Of a stretch of 47,473 bases of DNA, positions 27,999 through 40,675 are shown piece after piece. The notes beneath the pieces are model-generated. The model ran no database searches, was not told the DNA's origin, and worked only from the letters and a program-made list of their open reading frames with translations. This DNA is from a virus (lineage: Duplodnaviria > Heunggongvirae > Uroviricota > Caudoviricetes): IMG/VR virus record IMGVR_UViG_2585427964_000002; one strand, 5' to 3'. The translations under genes and the position numbers were made by a program. Every line of letters begins with the position of its first letter. Position 1 is the first letter of the stretch.

Positions 27999-28322
27999 AT
28001 GGCAAAGAATTTTGTAGAAGAAGGAAAAACGGTGGCGATTGTTGCCAGTGCAGCCATCAGCAGCGGAGATCTGGTGCAGGTGGGCGATGTTTTTGCGGTG
28101 GCGCTGACCGATATTCCACAGGGTGAAACAGGCGACGGCATGACCGAAGGTGTGTTTATGCTGCCTAAGCTGAAAACGGATGACATGAAAACGGGTAAGA
28201 AGGTTTATCTGAAGTCCGGAAAAGTTCAGCTGACTAACAGCGGCTCTGATCCGCTGGTCGGGGTTGTCTGGGCAGATGCCGGAACCAGTGCAGAAGAAGT
28301 GCCGGTAAAACTCAATGTCTGA
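27999..28322 (+). CDS. Head decoration/accessory protein (DUF2190-like)
   Basis: 108-codon ORF with GGAG Shine-Dalgarno, directly after the capsid gene; Gly/Val-rich beta-type sequence. Confidence 0.55.
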   Translation: MAKNFVEEGKTVAIVASAAISSGDLVQVGDVFAVALTDIPQGETGDGMTEGVFMLPKLKTDDMKTGKKVYLKSGKVQLTNSGSDPLVGVVWADAGTSAEEVPVKLNV

Positions 28323-28590
28323 TCCCTTTTCCCGGCTGGCAGCGCGTATGGATGCTATCACGGTTAGAAAGATGGGAAAGACAGCCTCGATTAATGATGT
28401 CGATATGACTGTGATCCCGGGAGAAACACTGGCAGAGCTGAATGCTCTGTCCGGACCTGCGGTCTCTCTGGTGGTGTTTTCTTCGGGATACCGCCCACGG
28501 CGCGGGGATCGCGTTGTTTATGACGGACAACAATGGACGGTCACACGGCATGAACGTTTTAACGGTAAGCCAATGATCTTTATTGAGTAA
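28315..28590 (+). CDS. Head-tail connector/head completion protein (FII-position)
   Basis: 91-aa ORF between head and tail genes. Confidence 0.5.
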   Translation: MSDPFSRLAARMDAITVRKMGKTASINDVDMTVIPGETLAELNALSGPAVSLVVFSSGYRPRRGDRVVYDGQQWTVTRHERFNGKPMIFIE

Positions 28591-28601
28591 AGAGGTGTGG
28601 G

Positions 28602-29180
28602 ATGAAGGGGCTTGAGAATGCCATCCGTAATCTGAACAGCCTTGATACCCGTATGGTGCCACAGGCCAGCGCATGGGCGATAAACCGTGTGGCACAGAAA
28701 GCGGTCTCGGTCGCCACCCGGCAGGTTGCCGGGAATACCGTTGCGGGAGATAACCAGGTGAAAGGGATCCCCCTGAAACTGGTACGTCAGCGTGTCCGGG
28801 TGTTTAAAGCCAGTCCGTCAGGAAAAATGACGGCCAGGATCCGCGTTAACCGGGGCAATCTGCCCGCTATTAAGCTGGGGACAGCCCGGGTCAGACTGGC
28901 CCGGCGTGGTGGAAAACTGCAGTACCGTGGCAGTGTGCTGAAGGTGGGTAAATATCTTTTCCGGGATGCGTTTATTCAGCAACTGGCGAATGGTCGCTGG
29001 CATGTGATGCGGCGTATTGATGGCAAAAATCGTTACCCCATTGATGTGGTGAAAGTCCCGCTGTCCGGACCGCTGACACAGGCATTTGAAGATGCCCGCG
29101 ACCGCATTATTGCTGCGGAAATGCCGAAACAGCTGGGGTATGCACTGAAACAACAACTGAGGTTATGGCTGACCCGATGA
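28602..29180 (+). CDS. Tail completion protein Z-like
   Basis: 192 aa, the same length as lambda gpZ, at the Z position before U and V. Confidence 0.7.
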   Translation: MKGLENAIRNLNSLDTRMVPQASAWAINRVAQKAVSVATRQVAGNTVAGDNQVKGIPLKLVRQRVRVFKASPSGKMTARIRVNRGNLPAIKLGTARVRLARRGGKLQYRGSVLKVGKYLFRDAFIQQLANGRWHVMRRIDGKNRYPIDVVKVPLSGPLTQAFEDARDRIIAAEMPKQLGYALKQQLRLWLTR

Positions 29181-29578
29181 ACCGACATACACAAATCCGC
29201 CAGGCCGTACTGGCACGCCTTCGGGAACAGTGTGGAGACAGCGCCACGTTTTTTGACGGGCTTCCGGCATTTATTGATGCGCAGGAACTGCCTGCCGTGG
29301 CGGTGTGGCTGAGTGATGCTCAGTACACCGGAAAAATGACGGATGAAGATGACTGGCAGGCTGTTCTGCATATTGCTGTCTTCATCCGGGCACAGGCACC
29401 GGATTCAGAGCTGGATATGTGGATGGAGAGCACCATTTTCCCGGCCCTGAATGATATACCGGCACTTTCCGGACTCATCGACACCCTGATCCCTCTCGGT
29501 TTTAACTATCAACGTGATAATGAGATGGCCACCTGGGCGATGGCGGAAATCACGTACCAGATCACGTACACGAATTAA
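29177..29578 (+). CDS. Tail terminator protein U
   Basis: MNRHTQIRQAVLARL...ATFFDG...PAVAVWLSDAQYTG...DMWMESTIFPALNDIPALS... parallels recalled lambda gpU. Confidence 0.8.
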   Translation: MNRHTQIRQAVLARLREQCGDSATFFDGLPAFIDAQELPAVAVWLSDAQYTGKMTDEDDWQAVLHIAVFIRAQAPDSELDMWMESTIFPALNDIPALSGLIDTLIPLGFNYQRDNEMATWAMAEITYQITYTN

Positions 29579-29589
29579 AGGAGGTGGCA

Positions 29590-30333
29590 ATGACCACACC
29601 AAATCCACTGGCAAAAACGAAAGGTGCGGGAACGACGTTCTGGATGTACACCGGCAAGGGCGATGCGTTTGCGAACCCTTTATCGGACACTGACTGGCTG
29701 CGTCTTGCGATGGTGAAGGATCTGCAACCTGGCGAAATGACCGCTGATGCAGAAGATGACACTTATCTCGATGATGAAGATGCAGACTGGAAAACGACAA
29801 CCCAGGGGCAGAAATCCGTCGGTGATACTTCGGCGACGCTGGCCTGGCGTCCGGGTGACAGCGGGCAGAAAAAACTGGTTCAGTTGTTCGACTCCGGTGA
29901 AGTCTGCGCGTTTCGTATCAAATATCCCAACGGCACTGTTGATGTTTTCCGTGGCTGGCTGAGCTCACTGGGTAAAACCATTGCCTCAAAAGACGTGATG
30001 ACCCGCACAGTGAAAATCAGCGGTGTGGGGCGTCCGTATCTGGCAGAGGAAGGCACTGAAACAGTGAGCGTTACCGGGCTGACGGTGGCACCGGCATCTG
30101 CCAGTGTAAAAGTGGGAGCAACCACCACGCTGACCTTTACAGTAAAACCTGACGGAGCCAGTGACAAAGCGATCAGTGTGCATTCGACAGATCCACAGAC
30201 TGCCACGGTGACCCTGAACGGGCTTGTGGCCACGGTGAAAGGCGTGAAGCAGGGCAGTGTCAGCATTGTGGGCATGACTTCTGACGGCGATTTTGTGGCA
30301 GTGGCTGCGGTGGCTGTCAGCGCCGCAGGTTAA
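29590..30333 (+). CDS. Major tail protein V (with C-terminal Ig-like domain)
   Basis: AAGGAGG Shine-Dalgarno before ATG 29590; lambda gpV-like N-terminal domain and C-terminal Big_2-like region. Confidence 0.85.
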   Translation: MTTPNPLAKTKGAGTTFWMYTGKGDAFANPLSDTDWLRLAMVKDLQPGEMTADAEDDTYLDDEDADWKTTTQGQKSVGDTSATLAWRPGDSGQKKLVQLFDSGEVCAFRIKYPNGTVDVFRGWLSSLGKTIASKDVMTRTVKISGVGRPYLAEEGTETVSVTGLTVAPASASVKVGATTTLTFTVKPDGASDKAISVHSTDPQTATVTLNGLVATVKGVKQGSVSIVGMTSDGDFVAVAAVAVSAAG

Positions 30334-30393
30334 CAGGACGATACTCATCATTTGCCCCGGTTATCCGGGGCTTTTTTGCAGGTGGAGAACATG

Positions 30394-30780
30394 ATGTTTC
30401 TGAAACAGGGCACGTTTAATTATGAAAAGCAGTCCGTGGTGCTCAGTGAGCTGTCCGGGCTGCAGAGAATTGAATATCTGGCGTTTGTTCAGCAGCGAAC
30501 GGCAAAGTTTGATGCCGAAGAGGGAGAACTGCCGGAGGCTGAACGACAGATTGCTTTTCTGCGGATGGGGATGGATATCAATGCCTGGCTGGTTTCCCGC
30601 TCACTGTGGAATGCGGAACAGTCTCAGGATGTTGAGACGCTTTGCGCATCCGTTATTACAACATGGTCGTATGATGCCCTGGGAGCGGGGGCGGAGATGG
30701 TTCTGTCGCTGAGCGGTATGGGAGTCATTGAGAATGCCGGGGATTTGGAGCATGAGGTGCTGACGCCGGAAAAGTCCTGA
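30394..30780 (+). CDS. Tail assembly chaperone G
   Basis: Starts MFLKQGTF... like lambda gpG (MFLKTESF...), at the G position. Confidence 0.8.
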   Translation: MFLKQGTFNYEKQSVVLSELSGLQRIEYLAFVQQRTAKFDAEEGELPEAERQIAFLRMGMDINAWLVSRSLWNAEQSQDVETLCASVITTWSYDALGAGAEMVLSLSGMGVIENAGDLEHEVLTPEKS

Positions 30781-31118
30781 CGCGGGAAATGCAGTTTGTC
30801 ATGCGGCTTGCCCGGGAGTTCCGGCGGGCAGACTGGCGGCGGATGCTGTCGGAAATGTCGGCCACTGAGCTTGGTGAGTGGGGCGATTATTTCCGGATGC
30901 AGAGCTTCAGTGATGTGTGGATGGATGCGCAGTTTGCCTCGCTGAAGGCATTGATCGTGAGAATGGTGTCCGGTAGCAGTGATGCTGCGGTGGCTGATTT
31001 CAGCCTTTTACCGGAAGAGAACGGGATACCGGAGCGAACGGACGAAGAACTGATGCATCTTGGGGAAGGTATTTCCGGAGGTGTGCGTTATGGACCAGAT
31101 AGCCAACTTGGTCATTGA
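30769..31118 (+). CDS. T portion of the G-T tail assembly chaperone (-1 frameshift product)
   Basis: ORF in the -1 frame relative to G, beginning at the G 3' end (slip region CCGGAAAAG at about 30766-30774) and overlapping the start of H. Confidence 0.6.
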
Positions 31119-34100
31119 TTTGGGGATTGATGCGGCAGAGTTTAAAAATGAAATTCCCCGTATCAAAAACCTTCTGAATGGTGCAGCCAGCGATGCAGAA
31201 CGGTCTTCTGCCCGTATGCAGCGTTTTATGGAGCGTCAGACTCAGGCCGCCCGGCAGACAATGCAGGCGGCTTCTTCGGCTGCAACAGCCGCATCCGTCC
31301 ATGCGCAGACGGTGGAGAAGAGCGCACAGGCTCATGAACGCATGGCCCGCGAGGTGGAGCAAACCCGCCAGCGTATGGAGGCACTGAGCCAGAAAATGCG
31401 CGAGGAACAGGCGCAGGCCATGGCTCTGGCGGAGGCTCAGGATAAAGCGGCTGCCGCGTTTTATCGTCAGATTGACAGTGTGAAACAGGCCAGTGCGGGG
31501 CTGCAGGAATTACAGCGTATTCAGCAGCAGATCCGACAGGCCAGAAACAGTGGCGGGATTGGTCAGCAGGATTATCTGGCGCTGATTTCTGAGGTTACGG
31601 CGAAAACCCGTGTTCTTACGCAGGCTGAGGAAGAGGCTACCCGACAGAAAGTGGCGTTTATCCGTCAGCTTAAAGAGCAGGCAACCCGCCAGAATCTTTC
31701 TTCTTCTGAGTTGCTTCGTGCTAAGGCTGCCCAGCTGGGGGTAAGCAGTGCTGCAGAAGTGTATATCCGCAAAATGGAGCAGGCAGGAAAAGCCACGCAT
31801 TCGCTGGGTCTGAAAAGTGCAGCGGCCCGCCAGGAGATTGGCGTTCTGATAGGTGAACTGGCCCGCGGCAATTTAGGGGCGCTGAGGGGATCCGGGATAA
31901 CGCTGGCTAACCGTGCCGGATGGATAGACACTCTGATGTCACCGAAAGGCATGATGCTTGGCGGGGTTATTGGCGGTATTGCCGCGTCCGTCTATGGTCT
32001 GGGTAAAGCCTGGTATGACGGTCAGAAGGAGGGGGAAGAATTTAACCGCCAGTTGTCGCTGACGGGGCATTATGCCGGAGTCACTGCCGGGCAGCTGTGG
32101 ACGCTCAGTCGTGCTATTTCCGGGAATGGTATCACGCAACATGCTGCAGCCGGTGCGCTGGCTCAGGTGGTGGGGAGTGGTGCATTTCGTGGAAACGATA
32201 TCGGTATGGTGGCGAGAGCTGCCGCACAGATGGAGCGATCGGTTGGCCAGTCGGTCAGCGATACCATAAATCAGTTTAAGCGGCTGAAGGATGATCCTGT
32301 AAATGCCGCGAAGGCTCTGGACAATGAGCTGCATTTTCTTACTGCCACTCAGCTTGAGCAGATACGTGTCCTTGGGGATCAGGGACGGTCCAGTGATGCT
32401 GCACGGATAGCCATGTCTGCACTGGCAGAGGAAACCGGTCGGCGTACTGCGGATATTGATAATAACCTCAATGCGCTTGGCAGTACGCTGAAGTATCTGT
32501 CTGATTTGTGGAGTCGTTTCTGGGATGCGGCCATGAATATTGGTCGTGAAGACTCGCTGGATGAACAGATTGCCGCTTTACAGGAGAAAGTGTCGCGGGC
32601 GAAAAGACTCCCCTGGACGGCATCATCTTCTCAGGTTGAATACGATCAGCAGCGTCTTAACGATCTTCAGGAGAAAAAACGCCAGAAGGATTTGCAGGAT
32701 GCAAAAGAGCAGGCAGAGCGGAATTATCAGGAGCAACAGAAACGACGTAATGCTGAAAATGCTGCACTGAACCGGATGAATGAAACGGAAGCAGCACGAC
32801 ATCAGCGTGAAATTGCGCGTATTAATTCCATGCAGTACGCCGATCAGGCTGTCAGGGATGCAGCGATACAACGTGAAAATGAACGTTACGAGAAAGCCCT
32901 GGCATCCGGTAAGAAAAAAACACGCGAACCCCGTAATGATGAGGCCACCCGGTTATTGCTGCAGTACAGTCAGCAACAGGCACAGGTGGAAGGACAGATT
33001 GCTGCTGCCAGACAGTCAGCAGGCATTGCCACGGAAAGGATGACAGAAGCGCATAAACAGCTTCTGGCTCTGCAGCAGCGCATCAGCGACCTGGACGGGA
33101 AAAAACTGACGGCAGATGAAAAGAGTGTGCTGGCCCGTAAAGATGAACTGATTCAGGCACTGACGCTGCTGGATGTAAAACAGCAGGAGCTTCAGAAACA
33201 GACGGCACTCAACGAGCTGAAGAAAAAAACAATTCAGCTGACCAGTCAACTGGCTGAAGAAGAGCGCGCTCAGCGTCAGCAACATGACCTGGATATCGCC
33301 ACGGTGGGTATGGGTGATCAGCAGCGGCAGCGATATCAGGTACAACTGAGTCTTCGCCAGAAATACCAGCAACAGCTGGAGCAGTTGAGGCGGGATAGTG
33401 AGCAGAAAGGAACATATAACACGGATGACTACAGAAAGGCCGAGCAGGCGCTGACGGAGAGCCTGAACCGACAACTGAATGAGAATCGCCGTTACTGGCA
33501 ACAGCTTGAAGTTGTGCAGGGTAACTGGAAAAACGGAGTCCTGCGTGCATTTCAGGATTTTACCGTGGATGCAGATAATACGGCAGGAACAGCAGAACAG
33601 GTGTTCTCGTCAGCCTTCAGCAACATGGGAAATGGCCTGGCAACTTTTGTCACTACCGGCAAACTCAATTTCAAATCCTTCACCTCTTCTGTGCTGTCAG
33701 ATATGGCGAAAATCCTGGCGCAGGCAACCATGATGAAATCGATAAAAGGGATTGGCAGTGTGCTGGGATTTGATCTCAGCAGCCTTTCCCTGAATGCCAA
33801 TGGGGGGATTTATCAGTCTGCTGATTTGAGTCGTTACAGTGGCACGGTGGTTAACCGTCCGACGTTTTTTGCTTTTGCAAAAGGCGCGGGTGTGATGGGG
33901 GAAGCGGGACCTGAAGCCATTCTGCCACTGCGTCGTGGTGCTGACGGTAAGCTGGGGGTTGTGGCGGATATTGGTGGTTCAGGTATGGCGATGTTTGCCC
34001 CGCAGTACAACATCGAGATCAATAACGATGGCACGAACGGGCAGATAGGTCCGGCTGCCCTGAAGGTGGTTTATGACCTTGGGAAAAAAGCGGCAGCGGA

Positions 34101-34155
34101 CTTTATGCAACAGCAGGCCCGTGATGGTGGTCGGTTAAGTGGAGCATATCGGTAA
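31090..34155 (+). CDS. Tail tape measure protein H
   Basis: About 1020 aa, Ala/Gln-rich coiled-coil-like, with C-terminal ...GEAGPEAILPLRRGADGKLGV... lambda gpH-like region. Confidence 0.9.
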   Translation: MDQIANLVIDLGIDAAEFKNEIPRIKNLLNGAASDAERSSARMQRFMERQTQAARQTMQAASSAATAASVHAQTVEKSAQAHERMAREVEQTRQRMEALSQKMREEQAQAMALAEAQDKAAAAFYRQIDSVKQASAGLQELQRIQQQIRQARNSGGIGQQDYLALISEVTAKTRVLTQAEEEATRQKVAFIRQLKEQATRQNLSSSELLRAKAAQLGVSSAAEVYIRKMEQAGKATHSLGLKSAAARQEIGVLIGELARGNLGALRGSGITLANRAGWIDTLMSPKGMMLGGVIGGIAASVYGLGKAWYDGQKEGEEFNRQLSLTGHYAGVTAGQLWTLSRAISGNGITQHAAAGALAQVVGSGAFRGNDIGMVARAAAQMERSVGQSVSDTINQFKRLKDDPVNAAKALDNELHFLTATQLEQIRVLGDQGRSSDAARIAMSALAEETGRRTADIDNNLNALGSTLKYLSDLWSRFWDAAMNIGREDSLDEQIAALQEKVSRAKRLPWTASSSQVEYDQQRLNDLQEKKRQKDLQDAKEQAERNYQEQQKRRNAENAALNRMNETEAARHQREIARINSMQYADQAVRDAAIQRENERYEKALASGKKKTREPRNDEATRLLLQYSQQQAQVEGQIAAARQSAGIATERMTEAHKQLLALQQRISDLDGKKLTADEKSVLARKDELIQALTLLDVKQQELQKQTALNELKKKTIQLTSQLAEEERAQRQQHDLDIATVGMGDQQRQRYQVQLSLRQKYQQQLEQLRRDSEQKGTYNTDDYRKAEQALTESLNRQLNENRRYWQQLEVVQGNWKNGVLRAFQDFTVDADNTAGTAEQVFSSAFSNMGNGLATFVTTGKLNFKSFTSSVLSDMAKILAQATMMKSIKGIGSVLGFDLSSLSLNANGGIYQSADLSRYSGTVVNRPTFFAFAKGAGVMGEAGPEAILPLRRGADGKLGVVADIGGSGMAMFAPQYNIEINNDGTNGQIGPAALKVVYDLGKKAAADFMQQQARDGGRLSGAYR

Positions 34156-34484
34156 TGGAGACGTTTCACTGGAAAGTGCGCCCGGATATGAATGTGGTAT
34201 CAGAGCCGAAAGTGGTGACAGTGAAGCTGGGCGATGGTTATGAACAGCGTCGTGCGGCGGGACTGAATAACCAGTTGTCGATTTACAGCGTGACGATACG
34301 TGTTCGTAAATGTGAACACCCATCTTTAAAAGCCTTTCTGGAACGGCACGGTGGCGTCCGCGCATTTCAGTGGACGCCACCTTATGACTGGAAGCCGATC
34401 AGGGTGGTTTGTCGTAAATGGTCGGCAAGCGTGGGGGCGTTGTGGGTAACCATAACGGCAGATTTTGAACAGGTCGTGGCATAG
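34155..34484 (+). CDS. Minor tail protein M
   Basis: 109 aa at the lambda gpM position, start overlapping the H stop. Confidence 0.85.
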   Translation: METFHWKVRPDMNVVSEPKVVTVKLGDGYEQRRAAGLNNQLSIYSVTIRVRKCEHPSLKAFLERHGGVRAFQWTPPYDWKPIRVVCRKWSASVGALWVTITADFEQVVA

Positions 34485-34493
34485 GAGGCTCTG

Positions 34494-35192
34494 ATGCAGG
34501 ATATTCCACAGGAAACACATCATGAGACGACACGCCTCACTCAGTCAGCCCAGGTGGTGCTCTGGGAAATCGATCTGACAGAGGTCGGTGGTGAACGTTA
34601 TTTTTTCTGTAATGAGCAGAACGAAAAAGGTGAGCCGGTTACCTGGCAGGGGCGGCAGTATCAGGCATACCCCATTCAGGGGACGGGATTTGAACTGAAT
34701 GGCAAGGGCAGTGCTGCCCGTCCGACACTGATGGTTTCTAACCTGCACGGCATGGTCACCGGGATGGCGGAAGATCTGCAGAGTCTGGTCGGCGGAACGG
34801 TGGTCAGGCGTAAGGTTTACGCCCGTTTTCTGGATGCGGTGAACTTCGTCAACGGAAACAGTGACGCCGATCCGGTGCAGGAGGTGATCAGCCGCTGGCG
34901 CATCGAGCAGTGCAGCGAACTGAGCGCGGTGAGTGCCTCTTTTGTACTGTCCACGCCGACGGAAACGGACGGTGCCGTTTTTCCGGGGCGCATCATGCTG
35001 GCCAACACCTGCACCTGGACCTATCGCGGTGACGAGTGCGGTTATCACGGTCCGGCGGTCGCGGATGAATATGATCAGCCGACGTCCGATATCACGAAGG
35101 ATAAATGCAGCAAATGCCTGAGCGGCTGTAAGTTTCGCAATAACGTCGGCAACTTTGGCGGCTTCCTTTCCATTAACAAACTTTCGCAGTGA
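34494..35192 (+). CDS. Minor tail protein L
   Basis: 232 aa lambda gpL-like with C-terminal Cys cluster (CSKCLSGCKF). Confidence 0.85.
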   Translation: MQDIPQETHHETTRLTQSAQVVLWEIDLTEVGGERYFFCNEQNEKGEPVTWQGRQYQAYPIQGTGFELNGKGSAARPTLMVSNLHGMVTGMAEDLQSLVGGTVVRRKVYARFLDAVNFVNGNSDADPVQEVISRWRIEQCSELSAVSASFVLSTPTETDGAVFPGRIMLANTCTWTYRGDECGYHGPAVADEYDQPTSDITKDKCSKCLSGCKFRNNVGNFGGFLSINKLSQ

Positions 35193-35941
35193 ATCCCATG
35201 ACAGAGACAGAATCAGCGATTCTGGCGCACGCCCGGCGATGTGCGCCAGCGGAGTCGTGCGGCTTCGTGGTGAGAACACCGGAGGGGGAAAGATATTTTC
35301 CCTGCGTGAATATCTCTGGTGAGCCGGAGGCGTATTTCCGGATGTCGCCGGAGGACTGGCTGAGTGCAGAAATGCAGGGAGAGATTGTGGCGCTGGTCCA
35401 CAGCCACCCCGGTGGTCTGCCCTGGCTGAGTGAGGCCGACCGGCGGCTGCAGGTGCAGAGTGATTTGCCGTGGTGGCTGGTCTGCCGGGGGGCGATTCAT
35501 AAATTCCGCTGTGTGCCGCATCTCACCGGGCGGCGCTTTGAGCACGGGGTGACGGACTGTTACACGCTGTTCCGGGACGCTTACCATCTGGCGGGAATTG
35601 AGATGCCGGATTTTCATCGCGGGGATGACTGGTGGCGTCACGGCCAGAATCTCTATCTGGATAATATGGAGGCAACGGGGTTGTATCAGGTGCCGTTGTC
35701 AGCGGCCCAGCCGGGCGATGTGCTGCTGTGCTGTTTTGGTTCATCGGTGCCGAATCATGCCGCCATTTACTGTGGCGACGGCGAGCTGCTGCACCATATT
35801 CCTGAACAACTGAGTAAACGAGAGAGGTACACCGACAAATGGCAGCGACGCACACACTCCCTCTGGCGTCACCGGGCATGGCACGCATCTGCCTTTACGG
35901 GGATTTGCAACGATTTGGTCGCCGTATCGACCTTCGTGTGA
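35189..35941 (+). CDS. Tail assembly protein K (MPN/JAB plus NlpC/P60 domains)
   Basis: HSHPGG (JAMM-like) and a Cys/His peptidase region; lambda gpK-like size and order. Confidence 0.85.
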   Translation: MNPMTETESAILAHARRCAPAESCGFVVRTPEGERYFPCVNISGEPEAYFRMSPEDWLSAEMQGEIVALVHSHPGGLPWLSEADRRLQVQSDLPWWLVCRGAIHKFRCVPHLTGRRFEHGVTDCYTLFRDAYHLAGIEMPDFHRGDDWWRHGQNLYLDNMEATGLYQVPLSAAQPGDVLLCCFGSSVPNHAAIYCGDGELLHHIPEQLSKRERYTDKWQRRTHSLWRHRAWHASAFTGICNDLVAVSTFV

Positions 35942-36486
35942 AAACGGGGGCTGAAGCCATCCGGGCACTGGCCACACAGCTCCCGGTGTTTCGTCAGAAA
36001 CTGAATGAGGGCTGGTATCAGGTGCGCATTGCCGGGCGTGATGCAGGCGAAAATGAATTATCTGCCCGTCTTAATGAGCCGCTGGCAAATGGTGCCGTGA
36101 TCCACATCGTGCCGCGTCTGGCGGGAGCTAAAAGTGGCGGTGTGTTTCAGGTGGTGCTTGGGGCGGCGCTGATTGCGGTGGCATGGTGGAACCCTGTGGG
36201 CTGGCTGGGGGCCGCGGCTGTATCGGGCATGTATGCGGCAGGGGCCAGTATGATCCTGGGCGGAGTGGCGCAGATGCTGGCACCGAAAGCCAGGACGCCC
36301 ACGGCAGCCAGTACAGATAACGGCAAACAGAACACCTATTTCTCCTCACTGGATAACATGGTTGCCCAGGGCAATGTTCTGCCTGTTCTGTACGGTGAAA
36401 TGCGCGTGGGGTCACGTGTGGTTTCTCAGGAGATCAGCACGGCAGACGAAGGGGATGGTGGTCAGGTTGTGGTGATTGGTCGCTGA
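35839..36486 (+). CDS. Tail assembly protein I
   Basis: Overlaps the K 3' end as in lambda; conserved C-terminus ...NGKQNTYFSSLDNMVAQGNVLPVLYGEMRVGSRVVSQEISTADEGDGGQVVVIGR. Confidence 0.85.
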   Translation: MAATHTLPLASPGMARICLYGDLQRFGRRIDLRVKTGAEAIRALATQLPVFRQKLNEGWYQVRIAGRDAGENELSARLNEPLANGAVIHIVPRLAGAKSGGVFQVVLGAALIAVAWWNPVGWLGAAAVSGMYAAGASMILGGVAQMLAPKARTPTAASTDNGKQNTYFSSLDNMVAQGNVLPVLYGEMRVGSRVVSQEISTADEGDGGQVVVIGR

Positions 36487-36543
36487 TGCAAAATGTTTTA
36501 TGTGAAACCGCCTCCGGGCGGTTTTATCGTTTATGGAGCGTGA

Positions 36544-39945
<3,402 letters not shown>

Positions 39946-40011
39946 ATTTTATAACCCAGAACGGGCGTCAGAAATGACGCCTTTTTTATTGCAGAAAAGC
40001 GAGAGGTAATT

Positions 40012-40611
40012 ATGCGTAAACTTTATGCCGCCATTTTGTCCGCAGCCATTTGTCTGGCCGTATCCGGTGCGCCTGCATGGGCGTCTGAACATCAGTCCAC
40101 GCTGAGCGCGGGGTATCTTCATGCCCGGACGAACGTTCCCGGCAGTGATGATCTGAACGGGATTAACGTGAAATACCGTTATGAGTTTACGGACACACTG
40201 GGGCTGGTGACGTCATTCAGCTATGCAGGAGACAAGAATCGCCAGCTTACCCGTTACAGCGATACCCGCTGGCATGAAGATTCCGTGCGTAACCGCTGGT
40301 TCAGCGTGATGGTGGGGCCGTCTGTGCGCGTGAATGAATGGTTCAGCGCGTATGCGATGGCGGGTATGGCTTACAGCCGTGTGTCGACTTTCTCCGGGGA
40401 TTATCTCCGCGTAACTGACAACAAGGGGAAAACGCACGACGTGCTGACCGGAAGTGATGACGGTCGCCACAGCAACACGTCTCTGGCGTGGGGAGCTGGC
40501 GTGCAGTTTAACCCGACCGAATCCGTGGCCATTGATATTGCTTATGAAGGCTCCGGCAGTGGCGACTGGCGCACTGACGGTTTCATCGTGGGTGTCGGTT
40601 ATAAGTTCTGA
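40012..40611 (+). CDS. lom: Lom outer-membrane protein (Ail/Lom family)
   Basis: 199 aa with signal peptide and beta-barrel alternation, ending ...[10 protein letters not shown]; downstream of J. Confidence 0.85.
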
Positions 40612-40675
40612 TTAGCCAGGTAACACAGTGTTATGACAGCCCGCCGGTTCAGGCGGGCTTTTTTGTGGGGGGAAT

